Shown in pieces: positions 48,802-61,900 of a stretch of DNA of 64,000 bases (position 1 is its first letter; each line of letters begins with the position of its first letter). The stretch is from Nemertoderma westbladi (taxonomy: Eukaryota; Animalia; Xenacoelomorpha). Made by a program: the position numbers and the translations under genes. Below the pieces are notes generated by a model. The model was not told the origin of the DNA. It was given only the letters and a program-made list of their open reading frames with translations, and searched no databases. The stretch spans positions 1 to 64,000 of the forward strand of contig JAUCBJ010008582.1 in NCBI GenBank assembly GCA_032718475.1, written 5' to 3'.

Positions 48802-50212
48802 GTCGTCAAAAAATTTATACATAAACCGTATGATTTATTATTATTTCAAATTCTAATTTTCAAATTCGAAATATCACATTGAATGGTCAAAATATTCAAT
48901 ATCTAATTACATCGTTTTCGAATTCGTTTTTCTCAAAATTAAGTTTTTTCTGATAGACTACCTAAGATAATAAGGCATTAAGGTAATACAGTAAGAACAA
49001 ATATAAATTAATACTTCCAAGGTTAAGGTATATTATTATTAGTTAGTATAAATTCCACTATCCGGGACTGCCAAGTATAAGAAGTCAACAATCAATTCAT
49101 TTGATTAGTTGATAATGTATTTCGCGTTTTTGGAGCCAAGAATAGGTTTATAAATAATCGAATAATGATAATGCTTTTATTGAGTCGAAGTGTTGTTTGG
49201 CAATAATAGCATTTTGTATACTTTAGTTGGGTAATCGATTCATTACACAGCACGTTGGTTCACTGTCCATCTATATATATATTATACAGTATATCGTTCG
49301 ACACCTTCTTCTACTGTTGGCTTACTGCCGGATTTTTTAATTTGTCATTTATTTAGCTACAACAAGCCGAATAAAAATTCCTATTTAGCAATATTTAACT
49401 ATCTCTGTTGGCTTTACGTTTCGACTTGGGAATGAAATTATCGCTTGCATTAGAACCGCCTTCGTCTGCAGATTTCGAATCTGACAACCGTCTTAAATTT
49501 CATCAATAACTTCCGGAGATATTATAAAAATTAAAACGTATACATTTTGACACGTAAATCAATATAATTGTAACGTTTATTTATTAAATTCTAGAATTAT
49601 ATTTATTACGAGTAATGAAGAAACAAAATAAATTAATATATGAATAATGAAAAATGAAAAATGTGCATGTGCAAAAATGGTTAAAGGGGTGGGGCTGGGG
49701 GTGGGGGGGGGGGGCTGGTGGGAGGCTAATAGGCGGTGGGCCCTGATTGGCGTGGACATGGTCGCGATGGTAGAGGACATGCAAGATGGCTGGCTCCCTG
49801 ATCATCTACATTAATTCTATAGAACTTCTAATTGGTTCAAAAAGCTTGTGCTAAATTTGTTAGAACTACCTGCTATGTTGCTATGTTAAAATTTCGAAAT
49901 AAAATATATCTCATATTAAATTATTATTTATTTATATTAAATACAGATTTACATAAACCTCTGTACTTACTTTAGTATTTAGAGCGAATGGTTGTGGTTT
50001 AGTGTGATAATAGAACGTTTTACTTCTCACAGGTAAAACATTAAAAATTAACCAATTTAACTTACATCTTTAAAGAGGAAACAACATAAGGTTAAAAAAA
50101 TCAGTTTCTATTTCAAATGATGTATCGAAATAGTTTAAAAAAAAAGCGATAGCAAACGCAACGCTGACTTCCGAAAACCACAGCCACCATCGACAAAAAC
50201 CAGACCGTAACA

Positions 50213-50490
50213 AAAGTAAAGTAAAAGTAAAGTAAATTTTCTTCGGCCGCTAGGCCAGGGATTACGCACAAAGTCTGACGACTTATTTCCAGTGCGGTCC
50301 CCCCAGAACTTTACTCCCCAGAGGAAACTCCAGTACTCATTTAGCTACCACTTAAGGATGCAAGGCAGAGATGCGCCCTGGCTGGTCCCTTTAAAGCATT
50401 CGTGCCGAAACGAAAACTGCCCTGGCCCATGTGAGGATCGAACCCACGACCTACGGGAGATGTGAATTCAATGCAACCACTACACCAAGG
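50213..50490 (-). mobile_element. tRNA-derived SINE
   Basis: Minus strand: A box TGGTGTAGTGG, B box GGTTCGATCC, central AAATGAGTACTGG, 3' (TTTAC)n tail. Confidence 0.82.
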
Positions 50491-50959
50491 TGGAACCCTT
50501 GGTGTAGTTAAAGTAGTTAGTGTAGTTAAATAGTTGTATTTAGGTAGTTGGTGTAGTTAGATAACCTTGGTGTAACAGGTTTTCTAAACTCTTGTTTATT
50601 GTTTTGTTTGAAACAATTAACCACTATATAGCCTGTTCCTGTCCCCCAATTTACAATTAAGATTATTTATGTATGGTGTTGAGCAAACAAATTATACATT
50701 TCTTCGGGATAATTTTAAATAATGGATCTCGAATATGCTACCGGTGTCGTATGGTACTGTAATATTCTGATGGACTTTTAAAGCAACCCCCCATTACACC
50801 GCTATAAATTCCAATAAATTTGGCTTTTGCTTCAGTTGCCGGTTGTCGGTTTTGTTTGTTGTCTGAGATTGTTGGTAAACACTGTAGCGAAGTAATAATT
50901 CAAATGCGGCATATTAAATTAATACCAAACATATTGTATCTTATTTTATTTATTTGTTT

Positions 50960-53320
50960 GTAATTAATTTCGCACTACCAAATCGCCAGGGCGACATATT
51001 TTCCTGCTTTGGCTCATCCCATGTAAAGTGCGGGACATTCGTACGACTTTTTGTGCATACTTTAGTGCTGTACATCAAGAAAATGAACTAAAATATTATA
51101 ATGCTTGTGTTTCTAAGAATAACCAATTATCGGTTAAGTAAAAAAAAGCAGTTTGGAAAACCTGCAGCAGTTGAACAGTTTATGTCTCAGAATTCTTGCT
51201 TAAAAAAATTGTAAAGTGCAGGACGCGTACGAAAGTGAAATTCTCAACTGTCAAATTAATTGCTAAAGTTCAGCGAATTGCGTAAAGTTAGTGGGAATAC
51301 TTTTGTTTTGTGATGTTCCCAGCTATGTAGGGAAAATAAATTAGCCTTTAGTAAGATGGTAGGTAACATCAATGAAACAGGGGAGTAGTTTAAGTGCAGC
51401 AAAGACATGTAAAGTGTGGGACATTTCACTGTAAAGTGCGGGACACGTGCGATTTTATCATTTATAAACACATTGAATCGTTAATTATTACATTTTTACG
51501 ACTAAATCAGTGATAGTTATAAACTTTTCAGTGAGATTGCTACATATAATTTGAACTTAAAGATGAATGAAAATGCAACTAACCCTAACCAAAATACTAA
51601 ACCTAACCTACCAAACTTAGTTGGCCCTGTAAAGCCCCTTACTGCTATTGCGTACATGTACTGTATACATGTGACTGCCTGTCAAGTAAAGTGTTCAACT
51701 ATTTAAAGCATACAATTCCACTGGAGGTCCGGCCTTTATTACAGTGCACACTGCACAGTAGTGAAGAGGCGGGTAGGGGGTGGGGGGTGGGGGGATTATA
51801 GATATAATTAATAAGCCTCCAACATACGTCTGAGCGGGCTTTAATACGCCATTCCAACATTCCAATAGTTTAACAAAGTTTTTCCTTTCCTTTTCTCAAA
51901 ATTGGCCCCAACATGAAAAAAAAAAGTGGCTCAAAATCATTGCCCTGCCACTGGCAATGTACGAACACCCCCAAATGGAGTAGAAAAACAAATAGAGGTC
52001 AACAGTGCATAATACTGTAAGTAAAACAAAAGTGTATGCACGACGATAGCAAATTTGTTTGTATCATTTTTTTGTAGCCTTAGCTATGCCCTAGTACAGC
52101 GTGGCTCCTACTTGCTGTATTATTACCTCCAGCCCAGGCAGTTCAATATTATTTTAGGCTTATGTAAAATTACAATTTAAGTGCGCTGTAGGCCTTAATG
52201 AATACAGATTAGATAGCCAGATCAGACCTGGAACTGTAGTGCACCCATAAAACCGTTAATAAATAATAGCGTACCATGTACGGTCTAGGCCGTGGCATAT
52301 TGGAGATTGTATTATGCTCCACCCACGAAGAGGTTAATGGCAGGCTTACAAATATGAAAAAACGAATAAAAATATAAATTAAAATTTTGAGGATATTTAC
52401 TGAAATATATGTGATCTTTATTCATTTTTTCATAGTGTCTTAACCCTTTACCACTGGGGGGGGGGGGGGGGGGGGGGGGCAAATCTTCCTAGTGTTTAGT
52501 TGCTGTAACTATGCAACCACATTACGTACCGGCCCAATTTTTATTGAGAATTAGCCAAATTTAATGCCGCATCTTTTGCAAAAAACGACGTTGCAATTGG
52601 ATTTCTACTTTTCGATGTGGGTACCACCTCAAAATTTGGTCTCAAGCACCAAATTTTTTAAAATTTCAAAATTACTTTATTCGGAAAATTTACTAAAGTT
52701 TTGATTTCGAAGCATTTTTATTGGTTTTCTGGAGCGCTGAATCGATTGAAAGTAATATAGAAAGCCTGAAGACTTAGTGGTTCGCCATTTTGGTGCACAA
52801 AAAATAGGGCGTGGCACTTCAAATTTTGAAAAATACGAGATTCGGAAAATACACTAAAGTTTTGATTTTCAAAGCATTTTTATAGTTTTTCTGGAGCGCT
52901 GAATCGATTGAAAGTAATATAGAAGCCTATAAGAGATTGATATGAAGTTATTAAATGTCAGTTATGATTATTCCAGTTGAAGTTCTTCAATCTAAATACA
53001 CGCTTACTCTTCTTCCTTTGATATTTCTACTTTTTGTCCCGCACTTTACGTAAAGTGCGGGACACCTGTTTACCACATAACACGAAACACCACAAACAAA
53101 CTAAGTACCCCAGATTAATGATACATATATTTGTGCTTTACAAACGACATAACATCATTCTATTATAATATGTCTATCCTGTACAAACAAAATATGGTGT
53201 TCAGCGTAAAGTGCGGGACATTATGATGTAAGCAAATTATGTGATGGATTATTTCACTATAAGGTAGCATTTGTAGCTCAACGTAAAAACTTTCTAAAAT
53301 CCGACGCATTTTGATTAAAT
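50960..53320. mobile_element. Degenerate non-autonomous repeat with recurring AAAGTGCGGGACA motif, containing a nested TTAA-CCC-ended element from ~52440
   Basis: Motif at ~51024, 51433, 53051 and 53208 plus variants. 50960-50998 is the reverse complement of ~30246-30285. A ~85-bp direct repeat at ~52680 and ~52841. Boundaries approximate. Confidence 0.45.
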
Positions 53321-53328
53321 TACAGTAA

Positions 53329-53813
53329 TGTAATATGCCTATTCATATTGGTACACATAAATCCGTAGGCAATTCGATTGGCGCAGTGGTCAGATGGTTA
53401 AGGCGTTGGTTACATTACAGATAGGTTACGAGTTCGAATCCCAGTCGGGAAATTTGCATTTTTGGGCAATTTATTTTCATTTGATCTAATTAGATAAGCC
53501 AATGAGGTGCGTACAACGTATGGAACGATGAGTTGGGCCAATCATAGGGCATAGAACATCTTATTGCTCCAATGTGAGACCATGGAATGCTCTGGAATGT
53601 TCTAGTGGATTCTATGTCCCAGATTTGCTACATAAGGGCTGGTTTGCCTTCGGTTATCACTTGTTATTTCTAATAGCACTCTCACATTTACTTGTAACAC
53701 TCACTTATCTCCATTCTTTAGTTACATTTGTTAAGTTTCTTGTTGGAACTTATGTAAATTTGGTTGATAAACTCTTTTGTAAATTACTCTAAATATACTG
53801 TAAACTTTGAACA
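53329..53813 (+). repeat. Putative E2 5' LTR
   Basis: TGTAAT...GAACA ends, tRNA-like cassette and three CCAAT boxes in the same layout as the E1 LTR. No second LTR in the window, so the boundaries are inferred. Confidence 0.55.
53380..53463 (+). ncRNA. tRNA-like Pol III cassette in E2 LTR
   Basis: A box TGGTCAGATGG (53387), 34-nt spacer, B box GTTCGAATCC (53432), T5 run at 53459. No acceptor-stem pairing. Confidence 0.7.
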
Positions 53814-56800
53814 TGTATATTCCCCTTTGTCCACCATTGGGACAGCCAAGCATTGGGAGGATGGCTGCCTAGACCGTTAGGCCGTCAGCAACGCAGGGAA
53901 GATGTCCACAACACGCTAGCGCCCACATTAGATTAGCCCGCGCACCCCCTTCGCCCCTTCGAAATACTCCACCTTTGCCATGCAGCGCCCGATTCCGAGG
54001 AAGGTAAGACTTTGTTTGACGCCCTTGCCCGGCGTAAGACCTATAGATCAGGGTAAGCGTGACGCCGTCCTGGGACGCCGCAAAATTTAGGATCAAATAG
54101 CTAGATTCAGACCGGAACCAGTACTGCAAATCCCTGGATTAACCTGTATTCCCTACAGGTGTGAACTATTGCCGTTCGTCAGTACGCAAGTACATATTAG
54201 GTACAGACAGCATATGTTCCTTAATTTAGTGATTCGCAATACTGACAGTTCGGTACCGGTTTGCTTTGTAGTTTATACATTAGTACCCCCCCCCCCCCCC
54301 CCCCTGCCTGAACCCGAGTTATTTGATCAGGCAAGGAGTATTTCTGCTACCGGCACTTCGCTTGGCCTAGGGAGGTTTATTAATATCCTACCGCGCCTTG
54401 CCACGTACTGATAGGTATTGCTGCTAACCACCGCGGCAACAAAATTCTAGAATCAAATTTGTATACCAGATCAGCTAACAGTACGGTAGCAATTAACCCC
54501 TATTTCTTATCTTACAACCAGAATCTGGTATTTGTGCCGATCACGGGTGTAGTTACTAACACCGTAATTGCCCGGTTGAGTTGTGGATAGGAAGGAGAGA
54601 GCTTTGACGTCATTTTGTAAGTATAAAGTTCTACAGAGCGCGACTAGCTTATTTTCGTAGCTAGCGCACGGTATTGTTTCAGTCAGAAAATCACTAAAAC
54701 CTAGTACAATGGAGTACACCAAAATTGTTTTATTTGTAACACACCCACACACACACGCCCTAAAACATATGTACCCTTAGAGCTCTACTAGTTATAGCTT
54801 ACTTTAGGTTACTTTCAGGCAGAATCTATTTTGTAATTTACTATTCGTAGTTTGTAAATTTAGGATCTGATATTTAGTTATGGCAAAAGGAGTATTTACT
54901 TATTAGACTGTGTTTTCTAGCCACAGTATCGTTACATTAGGTACGACCCCCTTTAGACTGATTAAGTACTGGTCAGTATTGTTACGCTAGTCTGTTAATC
55001 CACTAGCTCGTATATAAACCATATAAATCACACCGCGGCAAGTTACGGTATTTAGGTCCGTTAGCGATAGTTAACATTCGCTGCGCGGGGATTGTTTTCC
55101 CGTGAGTTTGGTCTGTCACCGTAACTGTACATCTGCCACACCGGTTAGAGGACAGGCATCCTTTTGTCTAGTTCGTAGGCATTAGATCCGCTCACGTACG
55201 TAGAATAGACACTAGGCTCTGTTCCTCGCCAGTAGTTGTTCGCGTATTTGTATCTGTTTGTTTAGATACCCTGGAGTGGGCTTTGTTGTCAGATACTGTA
55301 CGAGCCCGTATACATTACTAGATCTTACGGTAAGATACATCGTTACTAGGATCCGGTAAGCGGTATACTACTGGACATTTCAGTAGGGAATATTCTATAG
55401 CTTCATATTAGTAGATTTGTAGGCCGTAGGATATCTCTTACTGGGAAGGATCTCAAATTATGAGCACTGAATTTTTCACGTTGTTTTAATTGACAGTGTA
55501 AAAGCTTCTGTGGGATATAACTGGCCCCTTTGCTTCGCAATCCAGTTTCCCCCCAGGCGCTGGAATACTCTAAAAGGTTCTCTAACTGTTTATATATTCC
55601 CCTCGCCCGCAAGGTACCGTTACAGGTGTTTTAACGGACATAAAAGTCATTCTTCTATATACGTGCTTTGGCGGACATGGTAAGGCAAAAAACCCGCAAT
55701 GCACCAAATACCTTTACACGGCTTGGCCTTGATGATTCAGATTGCGACATCTAGCAGCTGGTTGCTGGCATGGAAACAGCCATTGGACGCATGGTTCTTT
55801 GTTTGGCTTGAGCCAATCAGAGCGATTTTTTCTGTCAACGTGTAGATATTCGGCCGATCATACTAGGAGTGTTCAGTCTTACTATTTTTCTTGATATAGT
55901 TTTGTTGTTGCTATCTAGGCCAGGAACACCGGCTCTAGAGTCAATTAGTTTTCATACTTTAGAAGAAACATTAGTAGGCTTAAATTATAGAGCGTATAAC
56001 TGTTATCGCATCACATATCAACTCATATCACATATCGGTCCAGTCATACAGTGTTACCATCTTAGCCTACCGTCTTAATGCTATTTACTGTTGTGTTTTG
56101 GTTGAATATTATTATTTGGAGAACATTTATAAAGAACCCAAATTTCCCAATTTTCTTGATACACTACAGGTTAGAGAGACGGGTTATATATAGTGATTGC
56201 GACTTATATTGTTGTGGTTTGTAGTGAATTTAATGCTATTTGGTAAGCACTACATGAGTCCGTTGCTGCTCTCTTTATATATGATAAAATTCATTGACGG
56301 TCGGCAAATTAGTGAGAAGTATTGTGTGTTACTGGTAGTGTGCCTGATTGTGATTGATAACTAAGCATTTCCTAAAGAATGCGCCTCATACGTGAATCAT
56401 AAGCCTTACCGACTTACCGTTGTGATTAGTATAAGTCATATCTCTGTTTACCTAGATAGAGCGCCACGTCCTAAAGGAACTGTTAATATTTCCCGAAAGT
56501 GAATAATATTAGTCAGAAATTATTTATTAACGATCAATCGAATAATACAGTAAGCTTACACTGCAATAATAATCTAAGCCCTCAGAATCCAGTCTCCCGG
56601 GTATATCCAGCGGGTGAATGGACGCGTACTAGGCTGGCTTCTGCTAATGTTGTGTTTATTTGTATTAAATATTTGTCATCTTCTAAAGTCTATTTATAAA
56701 CCAAAAGACATATAAATTTTGGCAGGTTAAACTGCTAAAGGTCTTCAAAAGCGCGTACAATAACAGTTATTGTCTTTATTGCAGTAAGCAATAAAGTTGA

Positions 56801-56824
56801 AAGTACCGGTCGACCGGTAAACCT

Positions 56825-56952
56825 GAACCGGTACTTCTGTAGGTCAGTAGGCCCAACTGCCAGAACCGGTACTGCTGTAGGTCCGTAGGTCCAACTGCCA
56901 GAACCGGTACTTCTGTAGGTCTGTAGGCCCAACTGTCCTAACCGGTACTTCC
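56825..56952. repeat. 38-bp minisatellite (~3.4 copies) in E2 leader
   Basis: GAACCGGTACTTCTGTAGGTC(A/C/T)GTAGG(C/T)CCAACTGCCA units at 56825, 56863, 56901 and 56939. Confidence 0.9.
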
Positions 56953-57122
56953 AGTACAAGTACATTAGTATTATTTCGATTGTGATCTATTGTATATTGT
57001 AGGCTGCCAGGGGAATAGGGATTGATCACCCCTCATTCTTTTGTATAGTTTACTTATTTCTGTCAGTTTTATTTCCTAGTAAGTTAATATTGAGCTGAAG
57101 ACGTGTAAGTCTGCTCAGATTG

Positions 57123-57701
57123 TTCAGATAATTGTAGGCCGGACTGTTGTCGGATTGTTGTTGGGTTTGGAGAGATTACGGCGTGTGTAGAGTTTGTCCG
57201 ATAGAGTGCCAGTTAGTAAGTTGGGGCAGCCATAGCTGTAAGGTCAATCCCCTCTTAAAGAATAAGTCGTACTACCGTGTTAGAACGCATACTAACTAAC
57301 CATTTTGGAATCTGCACATACTGTAGTTTATTTAGGCTTGACAGTATTCTGCCAACGTTTTGGCCTGTGTTTGTTTGTGTGGTCTGTTCAGGTACCGTAA
57401 TAGTTATTACTCAGATATTTTGTAGGCTGGATTGTTGTCTAGCTATTATTAGGTCTGAAGAGATTGCTGCGTGTGTAGAGTTTGTCTGATAAGTGCCAGT
57501 TAGTAAGTTGGGGCAGCCATAGCTGTAAGGTCAATCCCCTCTTAAAGAATAAGTCGTACTACCGCGTTAGAATGCATACTAACTAACCATTTTGGAATCT
57601 ACACATACTGTAGTTTATTTAGGCTTGGTGGTAGTCTGCCAGCGTTTGGTTTGTATTTTGTTTGAGTATTCTGTACGGGTAGCGTAATATTTATTATTCA
57701 G
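57123..57701. repeat. ~288-bp direct duplication in E2 leader
   Basis: GCGTGTGTAGAGTTTGTC...GTCGTACTACCG at 57181 and 57469. Confidence 0.88.
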
Positions 57702-58993
57702 AGTTTATGCGATTATTCGCAACATTCATGTCCCCAAGTTTATTCCTACAGTAATTGTGCTTGTTATACATACCGTTATAGTTAAATTAACCCCGGTACT
57801 ACACGGGCTGCTTGGCGTAGGAAAAGACTGGTGACTTTGTGCTTCGGTCACTCCAGCAGATGCCGTGGTTCTTTTAACTGTTCAAGTATATTTAACTACT
57901 GATTATTTGTTGTACCGGTACTTGTACCTAATTTAGGGTTTAGTGTACAGTGCTTTCCGAAAGTAATTAGTGTGTAGGCAGTGTATTGTGTTGTAAAGTG
58001 GTTAATAGGCACGTTGGATCTGGTAGTCCGCGGTAATTAACTTCTAGGTAGGAACACTCCGTGATACATAACGTAGTACCTATAGCGATACGGTTATAGG
58101 TCGTCAGGCGGTGGTATTTTCCAATCTGGACAGTGCAATATATTTACTACTACATATTATTTTCAAATACCGTAGTACCCTGTCCGTTGTAATAAACCGA
58201 ATTCTAACCCTTTGTTAGACTGGTTTGTAGACTTCCTGTAAAATTACCCTAAAATTTCGTACATAATATTTTTGTTGTGTTTAATTAGAGATTTAATCTC
58301 ACCCGTATCGTAAGTAATTTGTAGTATTAAGTAACTTAGGTAAATTAGAATTATCAGTTTTTAGTGTCAAATAAATAGCACTTCACTGAGAGCGCCCAGC
58401 TTCTGTGTAGTGACCCCCCAGAAATAATAACATTTATTTCGAATATTGACAAAACCCATTTTAAACGGGTATATAAATATTATAAATCAACTCAAACGAT
58501 TTATAAATAGTAGGCCTGCCATACAACAACTAGGTCTCAATATCAGTTGGACTACTGCTTAAATAACGGTAATAAAGTAAGTTAAAGTAACCAAGTAACC
58601 TTAAAATATTCAGAAATTCAATTATTCTAAAATAATTGACATACCGGTATTTACCATAGGCTTATTATATTTATTTCTATAAATTTGAGCTAAAATCATA
58701 CCGGTATTCTGTAATTAATTCTAGTTCATAATTATACTTATATATACTATAAGTGTAAGCTGTATACCGGTATTCACGATAGGCCTATTATATATTTATA
58801 TATATTTGTGCTAAATTTATATACCGGTACTCTGTGACAAACCTAGTTTACAATACTTATATATACTATAAGTGTATACCGGTATTCTAATATACTGTAA
58901 TAAATTACCGGTACTAGGCCAACGGTCATACTGAATTACTAGACTTGTTTTAACTGTAACTATAGCAGTAGACATTCAACTGTATAGCTAAAC

Positions 58994-61900
58994 ATGTCTG
59001 ACACCCAGCAAAACCTATCAGACAGTCTAATCGATACAACCATCTGTGACACAGATAGGAGTGTGGAGCGATTAAGAAAGGAGTTCAGCTCACCTCCTAC
59101 TGAAAGAAAGGTCATCCCTCCAGTAGTAGTATCAGACCCTAAGCTAATCCAACACCATAGGTCTATCATCGGCACTCGGGCCCAAGTCAAACGGAACCAG
59201 GAAGCAGCTGTCCAACAGCAGCAACATCCTAGTCAAGAAACTTGTTCCCAGCGATCCGATAGCTCCAGTAATTCGGATACTGTCGAGCTGACCCCCGAAC
59301 GCGGATTGCAGATGGCGGCTAAAGCCTACTCGGATCCCCTTCTCACCCTTCCTGCCGCAGTGCTAACTACTATATTGATTGCAGTGGAGGAACATCAAGC
59401 CGATAGGGCGAGAAGTAAGCGAGCGACCCAAGATAATTATGCGGGATACGCCAGGGAAGAATTGATGTCTATTGTCGAGTCACAATGGAACTTTCCCGGA
59501 CCCGGACTCCCGTTAGATTTGTCCGAGGCTACTTGGGAGGATATATACAGGATGGGAGTGACTAAAGATACAATGGATCCAGCTGTTTGGAAGAGGTCGG
59601 CAGCAGGATATGTGCAGGGATTCTTCGGCTCCTTGGAGCGATTAGAAGAACAACTGTTTCGACAACCCCAAGGACCTCAAGAGCAGGAAGAGCTGCTATA
59701 TCAAGTACGCGAAAGAACTCTACGCATTAGACTAATCCTATCAGCCTTTGAGGAAACTTCCAAAAGAAGACAGGACACGTCGCTGCAGGTCGCTGTCAAA
59801 ACTTGGTTCCAGCGGGTAGGTCTCAAAGTACAAGAAACGGACCAGTGGAAATCCCAGCTGTCTGAGAGACTAACCTATGAAGAACCAACCGATGCCACCC
59901 TTTCTCAAGTGGAAGGCGAAGAGACCGCAGAGAGACCACGAACGAGAGACGCATATCTGTCCAACTATCAGCGATTCCTAGGAGACGAAGAATTGAGGAG
60001 ACGGCTGTCTGGACTTTCCCCTAATAGTGAAGGAACCCAGCGTGTGTTAGACTCAATCGATGCTGAAATGTTAGCTGCTAACCAAGCTGAATTTGATGAA
60101 AAACTCCGCCTCACTAGAGTCCAAGAAGAACTAGTAAAGAAAAAACGGATAGAGGACAGAAAGGCAGCTGCAGTAACAGCGGCAATGGCAGAAATAGAAG
60201 CAGAAAGAAAAGCAGCGGCGGCAGAAGCAGAAGCAGAAAGAAAGGCAGCGGCGGCAGAAGCAGAAGCAGAAAGAAAGGCAGCGGCGGCAGAAGCAGAAGT
60301 AGAAAGAAAGGCAGCGGCGGCAGAAGCAGAAGCAGAAAGAAAAGCAGCAAAGGCAGTGGCAGAAGCAGAACGGAGAGCCTCTGAGGAGACTACCCAACTG
60401 GAGTTGGAAAATCTGCAAGGGACACAAGACAACATAAATAAACAGTTAACTGCTAGTCACATGCAGATGATGAGAAGATCTACTCCCAAACGCCAGGGAT
60501 ATACGTCATCGGAGGAAAGCGAAACCACCGATCCTGAAGGCGGAGGAAACAGATCTCGTCTAAGCAGGCGTAGAAAAACATCTTACCGTCACAAATTGCC
60601 TGATTTGCCCCCAGCTGTCAGAAGACAACTAGCTAGCACAGACTTAGGTAGTACAGAAACCACAGACCAAATTATTAAGGTCAAAAGACTCCCTACCATA
60701 GTTGATGAGCCTGAAATAATTAGGCCTGTCGTTCCAAAAGCCACTCCTGTGCTAGAGACCCCTGTACTTCCAGAGCTTAACTCTAAATTCCCTCTACATA
60801 GTACTACACTGCCTGTACCCGGTAGAACAGTCCATGAGAATATCCCTGTCCTGGAAGCTGAAAGAGAAATCAAAGATTTGTCTCCCGTCGTCCCGCGTCA
60901 GCCCGCTACAATGTTGGCGACTCCCGCTTCGGCGGTCGAGTGGGTAGAGGAGGGACGGCGGGGGATGAATCTCCTGCTCGGACAGATGCAGGAGACTGTC
61001 TACCAACTTAAGGGAACGGTAAGGGAAGGTAGGGCCGAATTGCAAGAAGTGCAGCAAAGTATCGCGCTAGAACGCGACAAATTAGTCAATATCCAAAAAG
61101 GGATACCAATACCCCCTGTAAAATTGTGTCAACCTGTTAGGTCTGAAGTATTACATGCGCAAGGTGTGGAGCCTACACGCATCTATACTGCTAGTGAAGT
61201 AGAAACTCCTATAGCAAACCCTATTAAGGGTGATTATAGACCTGTTATTAATGATATCCCCTATAGACCTGACAATGATCCGAGAAATTTATATACCGAT
61301 AATTCGATATTAAATAACACGATGGCCAAAGAAAGCTTTACGCGTCAGATGGCTAGAACAGCCCCGCCCAGACCCGCCAAGCGGTCAAAGTGGGAGAGAT
61401 CGTCAAATTCAATGGAGATGAGATGAAATGGTTACCTTTCAACGAATATTACAAAGATAGCATACAAAACTCTGTACTATCTAACGGAGAGAAACTTAGG
61501 TTCCTCATCAAGTGCTTGGAAGGACCTCCCAAGTTAATGGCGTTAAAGTTTATTGGACATCCAGAAGGATTAAGACAAGTTTGGGATACATTAAACATCA
61601 GGTATGGTAACAAGGATAACATAGCTAAGTATTTGTATGCCAAATTAGTAGCCCCCCGACACTTCCTTAGTAGCGGGATTATAGAGTTTTCCGATGAGAT
61701 TCAAGAGATCTGTAGACAATTGGACTGGTTAGGTAAGTCTCATGAATATCAGAGTTCCATGGTTATTGGAGCAGTAGTCTCTACTTTACCAAAGGGTGGA
61801 GTATGTACACGCTGGGACAAGAAAGTGTTGTACATGAATGAACAACAACGACGAGAAGCCCTACCATGACTGATCTCATGTCCTTCTTAGATGGTGAGGT

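Noticed and set aside
59968-60435. Antisense ORFs over the Gag repeats (also 11374-11957 and 12588-13040)
   Set aside because: Shadow frames of repetitive coding sequence.
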